Source: an uncultured bacterium (lineage in GTDB: Bacteria; Macinerneyibacteriota; Macinerneyibacteria; Macinerneyibacteriales; Macinerneyibacteriaceae). From it: a stretch of DNA of 33,051 nucleotides. The notes under the pieces were generated by a model. The model did not search any database and was not told where the DNA came from. It saw nothing but the letters and a program-made list of their open reading frames with translations. Location: contig CAZUKV010000008.1 in assembly GCA_964621075.1 (NCBI GenBank), positions 1 through 33,051 of the forward strand, read 5' to 3'. Both the position numbers and the translations under genes were made by a program. Shown here piece by piece: positions 8,517 through 18,161 of the stretch. Position 1 is the stretch's first letter. Each line of letters starts with the position of its first letter.

Positions 8517-10250
8517 TCAATTATTTAATTTATAACTAAAAGGTAAAACATATTGGGGTTTCATCTCTTTTTCACTAACTTCTTTTAATATTTTTATTAG
8601 ATCAATATTTTCTCTGCTAAGTTTTAATAATTTTCCTTCTTTTATTTTTTCAAAAAAAGTTTTTTCTTCTGGATAAAATTTTAAACTAATTTTTTTTAAT
8701 TTTAATCGGTTCTTCATATCATCAATTGCTTTCTCCAAACTGCCAATACTATCAATCAAACCAATTTCTTTAGCATTTTCGCCAATATATATTTTACCCT
8801 GTGCTATTTTTTCAACATAATCCATAGGTAAATCTCTGCCTGTTGATACATGTTTTTTAAATTCTTTATATGTTCTTATCATTGATTCTCTTATTATTCT
8901 CTGCTGTTCTGGTGGAATTGTAAATCTTTTTCCAAAATCACTATATTTTCCTTTTTTTATCGAATCTGTATTTAAATATAATTTATTGGACATAAAATCT
9001 GATAGATCGGGAACCATCATAACAACACCTATTGATCCCAATATAGTATTATTATTGGCATATATTTTATCAGCAGGAGCTGAAATATAATAACCTCCGG
9101 ATGCAGCCATGTTACCCATGGAAACATACACCGGTTTCTTCTTTTTAGCTTCAATTATGGCATTCCACATTATATCACTTGCAAGTGCTGATCCTCCTGG
9201 ACTATCAACCCTTAAAACAATTCCTTTTACATCTTCTCTATTTGCAGCTTTTTTAATTTGTTCTGTAAAGGTATCAGCTCCAAGAGTTTTTTGAAATCCC
9301 ATTAAAGGATTAAAAGACCTTTTACTTTTGCCCATTGAAATTGCCCCATCAGCAATTATTACAGCAATTTTATCTTTATAAATATCATTTTTCACAGTAC
9401 CGGCATAAGAAGCAATATTAACAATATTTCTATTTTTTATTTTATATTTATTATAAAATTCTTCACGATAAATTATATCGTCTACAAGCTTATTTTCTTT
9501 TGCTTCTTTTGGACTGATTAAAAAATAATCTCCATCAAGAATTTTTTGTAAAAATTTATTTCTATCATATCCACGATGTTTTACAATTCTATCAATCTGA
9601 TTTTCAAATAATCCATCAAATATAGATTTTAAATTTTGTTTTAAATATTCAGACATACTATTTCTTGTAAATGTTTCACCTGTACCTTTATAATCACCAA
9701 CATGAATGACATTATATTTTATACCTATTTTGTCAAACATCCTTTTATAAAATGTTTGTGAATGATAGTAACCTGTTAAGCTTATAAAATTTGATTCTGA
9801 TGGATTTAAATAAATTTTATCAGCAATAACAGTTTTAACATATTTGTTTCTATCAAAATTTTCAAGATATGCATAGACTTTTTTTCCACTCTTTTTTACT
9901 TCCTTAATTTTGTCATATATCTCTTCAATTTTTGAACCGGAAATATTTAAATTTTTTATTATGATACCTTTTATATCATCATCATTTTTAATTTTTTCAA
10001 GTGAATTATAAAGATCGAAATAGGTAAACTGCCTTTTTCCACTTAAAACCGAAGCTTCAGTAAAATAAGGAAGATCCCCACCTATATTTATTTCTATCCA
10101 GCTATTACTTCCTATATCCACCTTGGGTCCGGCAGTAAATTTAGAAAATGTACTAACTATGAAAATTATACCAAGAATTATAAATATAAAAAATATTGTA
10201 AAGGATATAAAACAACCCTTTTTGTTTTTTTCTTTCTTTTTTTCAGACAT
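8517..10250 (-). CDS. sppA: Signal peptide peptidase SppA, 67K type (protease IV)
   Basis: 577 aa. N-terminal TM segment and two tandem ClpP-like domains. Motifs: ..GAISMGKS.. and ..MAASGGYYISAPADKIYANNNTILGSIGVV.. Confidence 0.88.
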   Translation of the reverse strand: MSEKKKEKNKKGCFISFTIFFIFIILGIIFIVSTFSKFTAGPKVDIGSNSWIEINIGGDLPYFTEASVLSGKRQFTYFDLYNSLEKIKNDDDIKGIIIKNLNISGSKIEEIYDKIKEVKKSGKKVYAYLENFDRNKYVKTVIADKIYLNPSESNFISLTGYYHSQTFYKRMFDKIGIKYNVIHVGDYKGTGETFTRNSMSEYLKQNLKSIFDGLFENQIDRIVKHRGYDRNKFLQKILDGDYFLISPKEAKENKLVDDIIYREEFYNKYKIKNRNIVNIASYAGTVKNDIYKDKIAVIIADGAISMGKSKRSFNPLMGFQKTLGADTFTEQIKKAANREDVKGIVLRVDSPGGSALASDIMWNAIIEAKKKKPVYVSMGNMAASGGYYISAPADKIYANNNTILGSIGVVMMVPDLSDFMSNKLYLNTDSIKKGKYSDFGKRFTIPPEQQRIIRESMIRTYKEFKKHVSTGRDLPMDYVEKIAQGKIYIGENAKEIGLIDSIGSLEKAIDDMKNRLKLKKISLKFYPEEKTFFEKIKEGKLLKLSRENIDLIKILKEVSEKEMKPQYVLPFSYKLNN

Positions 10251-10276
10251 TATTACTCCTTATCTAATTTTTAATT

Positions 10277-10471
10277 TTATTTCTTAGGATAAAGTGATTT
10301 CTCAAATTCTTTCTGCAATTCTTTTACTTCCTGATGAAAAGCTTCTATCCTATTTTTTACATTTTCAATATCTTTCAAGAATATTGATAGATCACGTGCC
10401 AGATACTCAAGTCTACTATGAACCAGCATATCCCATTCATAATCATTTTTTTTACCTTTTTTATTAAACAT
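10277..10471 (-). CDS. Small hypothetical protein (64 aa), predicted coiled-coil
   Basis: Its SD AGGGAGG is correctly spaced, and the downstream sppA gene has its own SD. The sequence is heptad-like (..NVKNRIEAFHQEVKELQKEFEK..). It is tightly packed between tdh and sppA. Confidence 0.45.
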   Translation of the reverse strand: MFNKKGKKNDYEWDMLVHSRLEYLARDLSIFLKDIENVKNRIEAFHQEVKELQKEFEKSLYPKK

Positions 10472-10482
10472 AATTCCTCCCT

Positions 10483-11520
10483 TTATTTATAAGGATCTAA
10501 AATAACTTTAATTGCTTCACCTTTTTTTATTAATTCTATACCTTTTTCAAAATCAGTTAATGGTAATTCATGCGTTATAATGGGATCAAGATTGAGATTA
10601 CCAGATTTTAAAAGCCCTTTTATTTGATACCATGTATCAAACATAATTCTGCCATTAATACCATATATTCTTAAACTTTTGAAAATAATATCTTCATTAA
10701 AATCAAGAGGAACCTTTTTATCAAAAATTCCTAATAATGAAACTCTCCCACCTTTGCGCATTGATTTGAAGAGTGTTTCAGCGGCTATAACACTACCACT
10801 CATCTCAAGACCCACTTCAACTCCAAGACCATTGGTAATTTCGAAAATTTCTTCTGATACATTATCTTTATTGGGATTAAATGTATAGTCAGCGCCCAAT
10901 TCATCTGCCTTTTCAAGTTTAAAATCATTAATATCTACAGCAATTACTGTTGAAGCCCCACTTGCTTTTGCAATATTAACACACATGAGACCTATAGGCC
11001 CGCATCCCATTACCAGCACGCTCTTTGCTGTAACCTGCTCAACTAAAGTTGAATAAACAGCATTTCCCAGTGGCTCCTGAATTGAAGCAATTTTTGGGGG
11101 AAGTTCATTATCATTAATTACTAAATTTTCTTCGGGAACAATAAGATATTTAGTGAAAGCCCCATCAACATGAACACCCAGTATTTTAGTATTCTCACAA
11201 ATATGTTTCATGTGATTTTTACAATAATAACATTTCCCGCATGCAATATGAGTTTCTGCTGAAACATAATCTCCTTTCTTTATAGATGTAACATCTTCGC
11301 CAGTTTCAACAACTTCTCCGGCAAATTCATGTCCAATAACTCTTGTGGGCTCAATTCTTGCCTGAGACCATTCATTCCAGTCATATATATGTACATCAGA
11401 TCCACAAATAGATGCTTTTTTAACCTTGATTAAAACATCATTTTTTTGCTTTATTTTGGGTTTTTCAATATCAATTACTTCAACACCTTTATCTTTTTTC
11501 GTTTTTGCTATAGCTTTCAT
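10483..11520 (-). CDS. tdh: L-threonine 3-dehydrogenase (zinc-dependent alcohol dehydrogenase family)
   Basis: 345 aa. Motifs: ..ASICGSDVHIYDWNEW.., ..GHEFAGEVVETG.., structural-zinc Cys cluster CGKCYYCKNHMKHIC, and Rossmann motif GCGPIG. Confidence 0.88.
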   Translation of the reverse strand: MKAIAKTKKDKGVEVIDIEKPKIKQKNDVLIKVKKASICGSDVHIYDWNEWSQARIEPTRVIGHEFAGEVVETGEDVTSIKKGDYVSAETHIACGKCYYCKNHMKHICENTKILGVHVDGAFTKYLIVPEENLVINDNELPPKIASIQEPLGNAVYSTLVEQVTAKSVLVMGCGPIGLMCVNIAKASGASTVIAVDINDFKLEKADELGADYTFNPNKDNVSEEIFEITNGLGVEVGLEMSGSVIAAETLFKSMRKGGRVSLLGIFDKKVPLDFNEDIIFKSLRIYGINGRIMFDTWYQIKGLLKSGNLNLDPIITHELPLTDFEKGIELIKKGEAIKVILDPYK

Positions 11521-11530
11521 AAAACCTCCC

Positions 11531-11911
11531 TTAATTTTCTATTATTATTTCAATATTATTTTTTTTTAACAAATCGTATGTAATTCCACCAATACCACAG
11601 GATGGACTTTCAGATTTTAGAATAGCTTTTCGTATATTTAACCTCTTACATATCATCAATGTTTCTAAAGCACCTTTCTTGAAATTTCCAGTAACATCCG
11701 TTTTGGTTTCCCTTGTTAACAATTTTTTTTTCTTATTAGTTGTAATTATATCAGCAGGTTCACGGGGTGTTGATAATCCTCCTAATTGTTCAGGACATAC
11801 CGGAACTAAATTCATTCCATATTTTTTCATTATTTTTTTTCTGTTTTTATCTGTACCATCATATCTTGTTCTCAATCCCAGTAAACAAGCACTTATAATA
11901 TATTTATCCAT
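11531..11911 (-). CDS. DUF523-family protein (TudS-like thiouracil desulfidase family, three conserved Cys)
   Basis: 126 aa. Motifs: SACLLGLRTRYDG, ..VPVCPEQLGGLSTPREPA.. and ..SPSCG.., matching the DUF523 signature. Confidence 0.6.
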   Translation of the reverse strand: MDKYIISACLLGLRTRYDGTDKNRKKIMKKYGMNLVPVCPEQLGGLSTPREPADIITTNKKKKLLTRETKTDVTGNFKKGALETLMICKRLNIRKAILKSESPSCGIGGITYDLLKKNNIEIIIEN

Positions 11912-12491
11912 CTTTTTTTACTAATTTCACTTTAATTGTTGGTTTAGTTTTATCTTTATAATTAACTTTAAATTTTACTTTATAATTCTTTAGCTTATTT
12001 TGATCAATTTTTGATAGTTTATTCTTAATTTTACTCTTATATTTTTTTGACCGGTTTTCATCCATATCAATTTTTTTAAACAAATGATCTAATTTTTTAT
12101 CAATTTTATCCTGTTCACTTTTATTTGATTTCTTTGTATCTTTATTTTGTTTAACATTAGAATTTATTCTCTCTGAATTTCCCGATAAAACTTTTTTTGC
12201 AACTCCTCTATTAAAAAGAGCCTTATTTATACTTTTTTCATATTTACCCTGCTTAGATCTATAACTTCTGCTAACAGTTTCAAAATTAAACTTTATTTTG
12301 GTGCTGGATAGCTGAAGATGGCTTGAAATATACTGTAGTCTGGATTCAATTTCATCCTGTATATCTCTTATATCTTTTACAATTTTTGATTTCTTATAGC
12401 TTGGAGCTTCAAATAAGTCGGTTATCAAATCTTCAAGTCTTCTAATTCTACTTTTTACAAATTTTATATCACTCATGTCAGCTTTTTTCAT
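11904..12491 (-). CDS. Hypothetical protein with a coiled-coil N-terminus and a highly Lys-rich (basic, probably disordered) C-terminal half
   Basis: 195 aa. It overlaps DUF523 by 8 nt. The C-terminal half has KKS/KNK repeats and gives no recognisable family. Confidence 0.5.
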   Translation of the reverse strand: MKKADMSDIKFVKSRIRRLEDLITDLFEAPSYKKSKIVKDIRDIQDEIESRLQYISSHLQLSSTKIKFNFETVSRSYRSKQGKYEKSINKALFNRGVAKKVLSGNSERINSNVKQNKDTKKSNKSEQDKIDKKLDHLFKKIDMDENRSKKYKSKIKNKLSKIDQNKLKNYKVKFKVNYKDKTKPTIKVKLVKKDG

Positions 12492-12500
12492 AAATTATAC

Positions 12501-13472
12501 TTATAATTCCTCTCCACAATGGGGACAATATTTTGAATCAATCTCCACTTCCTTATTACAATGAGAACATTTTTTCTTGTCAGCCTGTTTTATTACTTTT
12601 TCTCCGCAGTAAGGACAAAACGAATTATTAGAAGAAATTTCTTTTCCACAATTGCTGCATTTAATTTTTTTTGATTCATCTTCACCTTCATAAATTTCTC
12701 CTGTTGGTAACAATTCCTTCAAACTTGTTCCAATATTTAAACGTTTATCAAGCTGATTTTCCTCTTTTTGAATTTTTGTTTTATCCACCTTTTTTTCTTT
12801 TACTTCATTGGTTCTTTTTTCAATTTTATTATTGTTTTTTATATCCATCTTTAAATTAATCAAATCAAAATCTTTTAATATAATTCCCATTTTTTTAAAT
12901 TTATCTTTTAGATATTCTTCAAGCTCATCATTAATTTTACTTTCTGAAAAATCTTCATTTTTAATTTCTGAGAAATTATTTTTTATATAATCATTAAATG
13001 ATTTATTTATCACATTTCTGAATAAATTTTTCATAAAATCATCGTCAATCCGTTTGATATTATGCAAAAATCTTTTTAAAAAAACAATAATTTGAGCAAT
13101 TTTAATTGAATAATTACCAAATGATCTTATAATATATTGTTTTTCATCTTCAGATATTTCACAATTTGCACCCCATTTCAGGTTTTCTAAAACATCTACA
13201 TTAATAAAAACTAAGTAGGATTTAAACTGGGTTTTATCATATTGAGAACTTTCAAGATAATCAAATAATTTAGGAATTCTTTTATTGGATAAAATATAAT
13301 TACCCGGACCAAGTAGATCAAAAAGCTTCTCATCTTTAATAAATACAGCTCTATGTTTTTCATCAACTTCAATCTGGGTACCCATTTTAAAAAGATCTCC
13401 CTCTTTTTGTGGAAATATTTTCAAAATGCCTTTTTCTTCATTACTACTAACTTTTTCAAGAATATTTTCCAT
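12501..13472 (-). CDS. SPFH/Band-7-like domain protein (YdjI-like, PF13421-type) fused to a C-terminal double zinc ribbon
   Basis: The N-terminus aligns by eye to B. subtilis YdjI (..HRAVFIKDEKLFDLLGPGNYILSNKRIP.. ; ..YLVFINVDVLENLKWGAN..; ..RSFGNYSIKIA..). The C-terminus has CSNCGKE..CPYCGEK and CSHCNKE..CPHCGEE. Confidence 0.6.
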   Translation of the reverse strand: MENILEKVSSNEEKGILKIFPQKEGDLFKMGTQIEVDEKHRAVFIKDEKLFDLLGPGNYILSNKRIPKLFDYLESSQYDKTQFKSYLVFINVDVLENLKWGANCEISEDEKQYIIRSFGNYSIKIAQIIVFLKRFLHNIKRIDDDFMKNLFRNVINKSFNDYIKNNFSEIKNEDFSESKINDELEEYLKDKFKKMGIILKDFDLINLKMDIKNNNKIEKRTNEVKEKKVDKTKIQKEENQLDKRLNIGTSLKELLPTGEIYEGEDESKKIKCSNCGKEISSNNSFCPYCGEKVIKQADKKKCSHCNKEVEIDSKYCPHCGEEL

Positions 13473-13490
13473 ATATTCTCCTTCTATTTA

Positions 13491-15092
13491 TTAATATTCA
13501 AAAATACTGTTTCCTATAAATTCTCTAATTATTGATGATTTTGGTGTATAATAAGGATCAATGGATTCAAACATATTTAACAAAAATTTAAGTTCTTTTA
13601 CCTTATGTCCATATTTAGAATCATTACCTATCTGAACAAGAAATCTAAGTCCAAAATCTTTTAGTACAGCAAGCTCATAAGGAAGAGCTGAATTAAACAT
13701 TACATCAGCTTTTTCCTGAAAAGGGAATATATTGATTTCTTCTCCTTTTTTGACTTTTTCCCATAGTTTTAACGTTTCTAATGCTGAATGACCTCTAAAT
13801 TGGGCATCTCTTACAATTCTTCTTATTAATCTAACATCACTTGTTTTCACTCTATTATATTTATCCATATTTAAAGGGGTTAAAGCACTAACATAAATTT
13901 TATATTTAATATTATCCGGTATATACTGTGATAATTTTGGATTCAATGCATGTATTCCTTCGATAATAATGGGATCTTTTCGGTCAATACTAACAGCATC
14001 CCCTTTCAATCTTTTCCCTGATACAAAATCATACCTGGGAAGTTGAATTTCCTCCCCCTCAAGTAGTTTCATTATATCTTCATTAAATTTTTTAATGTCA
14101 ACAGCTTCAACTGATTCAAAATCGTGATCTCCATTTTCATCTTTTGGAGTTTCTTTTCTGGGGAAAAAATAATCATCCATACTAACAGATAATGGATTAT
14201 AACCAGCTGCTTTTAAATGCAAGGACATTCTTTTTGAAAAAGTTGTCTTGCCTGAAGCCGAAGGTCCTGAAATTAAAATTACCCTTGATCTTTTTATACC
14301 ATTCAAGATTTCTTCTGTTATATCTACAATTTTTCTTTCATGCATCTTTTCAGATATTAAGATCATCTCTTTATAATTATCATTTCTAATTTTGCTATTT
14401 AATGATGGTATATATTTAATATCAATAATTTCAGTCCAGTGTTCATAATCCTGATGAATCCTGAATAATTTTTTGCTTTCTTTAAAATAAGCAAGTTCTT
14501 TCATATTATCTTTTTTAGGAAGCTGTAAAACCAAACCAGGAGGATAAAATAAAAGATCAAAAACTTCTAAATAAGAAGAAGATGGCACAGTTTTGAAGTG
14601 GTTTAATTCATATATACTATCATTAAAACATATAATTTCATCAGTTTTTAAGTTTGAATAAATATTAGCTTTAAATGGCAAACCATTTTTCTCTAATTTT
14701 GTTTTAATTTTTTCTTTTTTTTCTTTAACTATGCTAAATTTTAAATCCTCATTTATTAATTTTATCATCTTATTTTTTATTTTTTTCACATGAGAAATCT
14801 TAAGAAAAGGTATTTCTTCTGACTCTACACGACAATAGATGCCATTACTAAGAGAATGTTCTACAAAAAAATCTGCATTGGAAAATAATTGTTTTACAGC
14901 TTCAGCCATAATAATTATCAAACTTTTCTCATATATTCTGTAACCCATTTCAGAATTTAATTTAATAATCTCAAATTCTCCCTCGATCTTTTCACTGGAA
15001 AATTCATATAATGAATATATTTTTTCATTTTTTAAAATTGCAATATTTTCTTTATTTTCTTTTATTTTTTTCAAATCACCGTTTGAATACAT
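13491..15092 (-). CDS. Uridine/cytidine-kinase-family P-loop kinase fused to a ThrRS-like N-terminal region (TGS plus a degenerate second domain)
   Basis: 533 aa. The C-terminal half carries the PRK/Udk P-loop ILISGPSASGKTTFSKRM and ..YDF... The N-terminal ~250 aa resemble the threonyl-tRNA-synthetase N-domains but lack the HxxxH editing motif. Confidence 0.65.
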   Translation of the reverse strand: MYSNGDLKKIKENKENIAILKNEKIYSLYEFSSEKIEGEFEIIKLNSEMGYRIYEKSLIIIMAEAVKQLFSNADFFVEHSLSNGIYCRVESEEIPFLKISHVKKIKNKMIKLINEDLKFSIVKEKKEKIKTKLEKNGLPFKANIYSNLKTDEIICFNDSIYELNHFKTVPSSSYLEVFDLLFYPPGLVLQLPKKDNMKELAYFKESKKLFRIHQDYEHWTEIIDIKYIPSLNSKIRNDNYKEMILISEKMHERKIVDITEEILNGIKRSRVILISGPSASGKTTFSKRMSLHLKAAGYNPLSVSMDDYFFPRKETPKDENGDHDFESVEAVDIKKFNEDIMKLLEGEEIQLPRYDFVSGKRLKGDAVSIDRKDPIIIEGIHALNPKLSQYIPDNIKYKIYVSALTPLNMDKYNRVKTSDVRLIRRIVRDAQFRGHSALETLKLWEKVKKGEEINIFPFQEKADVMFNSALPYELAVLKDFGLRFLVQIGNDSKYGHKVKELKFLLNMFESIDPYYTPKSSIIREFIGNSIFEY

Positions 15093-15607
15093 TAATTTTT
15101 AATATCCTTCCATATTTTCTTAAATATATTATAACTATTTTTATCATATAAAACAACTTCAATTAGTTTCAAACTACTTTTTTTATTTTTTGTTCTGTAA
15201 TTATTAATCGATCCCAGAATTACATTTGCTGCTTCTTTCATCGGGTAACCAAAAATTCCTGTGCTTATTGCAGAAAAAGAAATAGATTTAATTTTATTTT
15301 TTTCAGCTATTTTTAAAGAATTTAATACTGAATTTCTAAGCAGTACTTCCCTATTTTCCTCACCAGCTCTGGGACCTGCTGCATGTATAACAAATTTCTG
15401 GGGAAGATTTCCCGCAGGAGTAATTACGGCCTGTCCAATTTTTATTGGCGATAACTCATTACATCTCTGTTGTATAATATTACCTCCTTTATTTTTTATA
15501 GCTCCAGCAACTCCACCTCCCAAAATCAAATTTTTATTTGCTGGATTTACAATAGCTTCTGTTTCTCTATTGGTAATATCATCATGAATTATACTTACAT
15601 TAATCAT
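15092..15607 (-). CDS. Macro-domain protein (ADP-ribose / O-acetyl-ADP-ribose processing, YmdB-like)
   Basis: 171 aa. Motifs: ..EAIVNPANKNLILGGGVAGAI.. and ..VIHAAGP... The stop overlaps the downstream start as TAATG, and the ORF begins 1 nt after the gpsA stop. Confidence 0.82.
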   Translation of the reverse strand: MINVSIIHDDITNRETEAIVNPANKNLILGGGVAGAIKNKGGNIIQQRCNELSPIKIGQAVITPAGNLPQKFVIHAAGPRAGEENREVLLRNSVLNSLKIAEKNKIKSISFSAISTGIFGYPMKEAANVILGSINNYRTKNKKSSLKLIEVVLYDKNSYNIFKKIWKDIKN

Positions 15608-16600
15608 TTATTGCATACCCCAAAACTCATTTTTTAACTCTCTTGACATTAATTCTTCAACCACAGATTGAATTGCAACATTTTTATAAATTATCCTATA
15701 GACCGATTCAGTTATAGGCATATCAATTTCATATTTTTTTGAGAGTGCTCTTGCATTTTTTACTGTATAATAACCCTCCACCACTCCCCCGGCATTTTCA
15801 AGAGCTTCATCAAGATTGTTTTTTTTACTTAGTAAATATCCAAAATTATAATTTCTGCTCATTTTATCTGTACAGGTTAAAATGAAATCACCAAATCCCG
15901 CTAATCCGGAAAATGTTTTTAGTTTCGCCCCCATTTTTTTTCCAAGTCTGGATACTTCTGCAACTCCTCTTGTAATTATTGCGGATTGAGTATTCTTTCC
16001 CAAATTCATTCCATCTACAATTCCTGAAGCAATAGCTATAACATTTTTTAAAGCTGCTGCAATTTCAACACCCAAAATATCATTATTTAAATAAACCCTA
16101 AAATAATTACTGCTTAAAACATTCTGAATTTTTCTTGCAGTTCTATTTATTTCTCCAGATAAAACCACAGTTGTATACATTTTTTGATATACTTCTTTTG
16201 CAAAAGAAGGTCCTGATAAGATATAAATCGGACATTCAGAATTCTTTTTTAGAATATCATATGGGAAATTTAAAGTATCAATTTCTATACCTTTAGATAA
16301 GTTAATTAAAATTTTGTCTCCAGGTATCCTTACTTTATCCCAAACACCGGACATATATTGAACAGGAACAGCATTAATCAAAACATCAGATTTGGAAATT
16401 ATTTCTTCTAAATCCCGTGTAGCTTCTATATCCTTGTTTAATGAATGCCCTTTAAAATACATCTCATTTATATTTTTATTATTAATTGATTTTTTTACAC
16501 TTTCTTCATAAGCCCAAATAAGAACTTTATAATGATTTTTTGCTAAATAATCTGCAAAAACCGATCCCCAAATACCAGCACCAATTATTCCAAATCTCAT
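15608..16600 (-). CDS. gpsA: NAD(P)H-dependent glycerol-3-phosphate dehydrogenase
   Basis: 330 aa. N-terminal Rossmann motif MRFGIIGAGIWGS and GpsA-typical length and motifs (..GPSFAKEV.., ..NPLTLAGLAGFGD..-like LAGFGDFILTC). The SD GGAGG is 6 nt upstream. Confidence 0.92.
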   Translation of the reverse strand: MRFGIIGAGIWGSVFADYLAKNHYKVLIWAYEESVKKSINNKNINEMYFKGHSLNKDIEATRDLEEIISKSDVLINAVPVQYMSGVWDKVRIPGDKILINLSKGIEIDTLNFPYDILKKNSECPIYILSGPSFAKEVYQKMYTTVVLSGEINRTARKIQNVLSSNYFRVYLNNDILGVEIAAALKNVIAIASGIVDGMNLGKNTQSAIITRGVAEVSRLGKKMGAKLKTFSGLAGFGDFILTCTDKMSRNYNFGYLLSKKNNLDEALENAGGVVEGYYTVKNARALSKKYEIDMPITESVYRIIYKNVAIQSVVEELMSRELKNEFWGMQ

Positions 16601-16629
16601 TTATTCCTCCATAATCAAACTCTTTTCTG

Positions 16630-16658
16630 ATTTTAACAATAATTTATTATTATATCAA
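16630..16658 (-). promoter_or_regulatory. Candidate promoter for gpsA and the downstream cluster
   Basis: Minus-strand TTGATA (16658-16653), 17 nt, TAAAAT (16635-16630), between the tRNA-Thr 3' end and the gpsA SD. Confidence 0.35.
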
Positions 16659-16676
16659 GATATTTATAAATGATAA

Positions 16677-16749
16677 AGCTGATAGACGGATTTGAACCGT
16701 CCACCTGCGGTTTACGAAACCGCTGCTCTGCCAACTGAGCTATATCAGC
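16677..16749 (-). tRNA. tRNA-Thr (anticodon CGU), 73 nt, with no encoded CCA
   Basis: I folded it by hand: acceptor stem GCTGATA/TATCAGC, D stem GCTC/GAGC, anticodon stem GCGGT/ACCGC with loop TTCGTAA (anticodon CGT), T stem GACGG/CCGTC with loop TTCAAAT. It lies 8 nt after the tryptophanase stop. Confidence 0.85.
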
Positions 16750-16757
16750 TTTTTACT

Positions 16758-18134
16758 TTATAATCTTTCCAATTCAATTGTAAAATGTCTTAAAATTGGC
16801 GCTTCTTTAGTAATTTTTAAACCCTTTTTATAACTATTTCTATTTTCATAAATGTATTTTAAAACATCTGCTACATAATTCATATGATTATTTGTATAAA
16901 CCCTTCTTGGGATTGCTAATCTTAAAAATTCGAGTTCAGGATATCTATTTTTTCCTGTTTCAGGATCTCTATCTGCTAAAATAGTTCCTATTTCTACACC
17001 CCTTACTCCACCTTCAATATATAGTTCCACACCTAATAATTGAGCTGGAAACTCTTTTTGAGGTATATTAGGAAAAAATTTCTTAGCATCTATAAAAACT
17101 GCATGCCCACCAGGTGGATGCTGAATTGGTATGTTATAGCTTTTTAATTTTTCTGCCAGAAATTCAACTTGTTTTATTCGTGAATTTAAATAGTTATAAG
17201 TAGTACTTTCTCTTAAACCCTGAGATAAAGCTCCAAGATCTCTCCCGGCCATTCCACCATAAGTAATATATCCTTCATACATAATATTATAAACTTTTGC
17301 CTGATCAAAAACTTTTTTATCTCTGAGACCAATGAGCCCTCCAATATTTACAATACCATCTTTTTTTGAACTCATGGTAAAACCTTTTACATAAGCAAAC
17401 ATCTCTTTAACAATTTCTTTAATTGTTTTATTTTTAAATTCTTTTTCTCTTTCTTTTATAAAATAAGCATTCTCAGCAAAACGTGCAGCATCAAAATAAA
17501 GAGGGATCCCATGTTTTTCAGCAATTTTTTTGACCTTTCTGATATTTTTCATGGATACCGGTTGTCCACCTGCAGAATTGCAGGTAACCGTTATAATAAT
17601 AAATGGTATTTTACCTACTCCATATTCATTTATAGTATTTTCCAATTTTTCTATATCAACATTACCTTTAAAGGGATGATCAATCTGGGTATCAAAAGCT
17701 TCATTAATTGTACAATCAACAGGTTTAGCCTGTCTTGATTCAATATGTCCTTTGGTAGTATCAAAATGAGTATTTCCTGGAATTATATCTCCTTCTTTTA
17801 TTAGAGCAGAAAATAAAACATTTTCTGCTGCTCTACCCTGATGTGTGGGTAGAAAATAGTCAAAATCAAAAATTTCTTTAATAGTGTTTTTCAACTTAAA
17901 ATATGACCTTGCTCCAGCATAACTCTCATCTCCAACCATTATTTCTGACCATTGCTCATCACTCATTGCACCAGTACCGGAATCAGTTAATAAATCCACA
18001 TAAACCCAGTCACTTTTCAAATTAAATAAATTATATTTTGCTTTTTTTATATATTCTTCTCTTTCATCTCTTGTAGTTTGTTTTAATCTTTCAACAACTT
18101 TAATTTTATATGGTTCTGCATAAGAAAAATCCAT
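16758..18134 (-). CDS. tnaA: Tryptophanase (beta-eliminating lyase family; closer to TnaA than to tyrosine phenol-lyase)
   Basis: 458 aa. Motifs: ..VDLLTDSGTGAMSDEQW.., ..PTHQGRAAE.., ..TVTCNSAGGQPVS.., the PLP-Lys region ..FTMSSKKDGIVNIGG.., and a C-terminus ..LRLAIPRRVYT..LRHFT.. like E. coli TnaA. The SD AGGAGG is present. Confidence 0.78.
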   Translation of the reverse strand: MDFSYAEPYKIKVVERLKQTTRDEREEYIKKAKYNLFNLKSDWVYVDLLTDSGTGAMSDEQWSEIMVGDESYAGARSYFKLKNTIKEIFDFDYFLPTHQGRAAENVLFSALIKEGDIIPGNTHFDTTKGHIESRQAKPVDCTINEAFDTQIDHPFKGNVDIEKLENTINEYGVGKIPFIIITVTCNSAGGQPVSMKNIRKVKKIAEKHGIPLYFDAARFAENAYFIKEREKEFKNKTIKEIVKEMFAYVKGFTMSSKKDGIVNIGGLIGLRDKKVFDQAKVYNIMYEGYITYGGMAGRDLGALSQGLRESTTYNYLNSRIKQVEFLAEKLKSYNIPIQHPPGGHAVFIDAKKFFPNIPQKEFPAQLLGVELYIEGGVRGVEIGTILADRDPETGKNRYPELEFLRLAIPRRVYTNNHMNYVADVLKYIYENRNSYKKGLKITKEAPILRHFTIELERL

Positions 18135-18161
18135 AAATCCTCCTTTTTTTATTTCAGAAAT

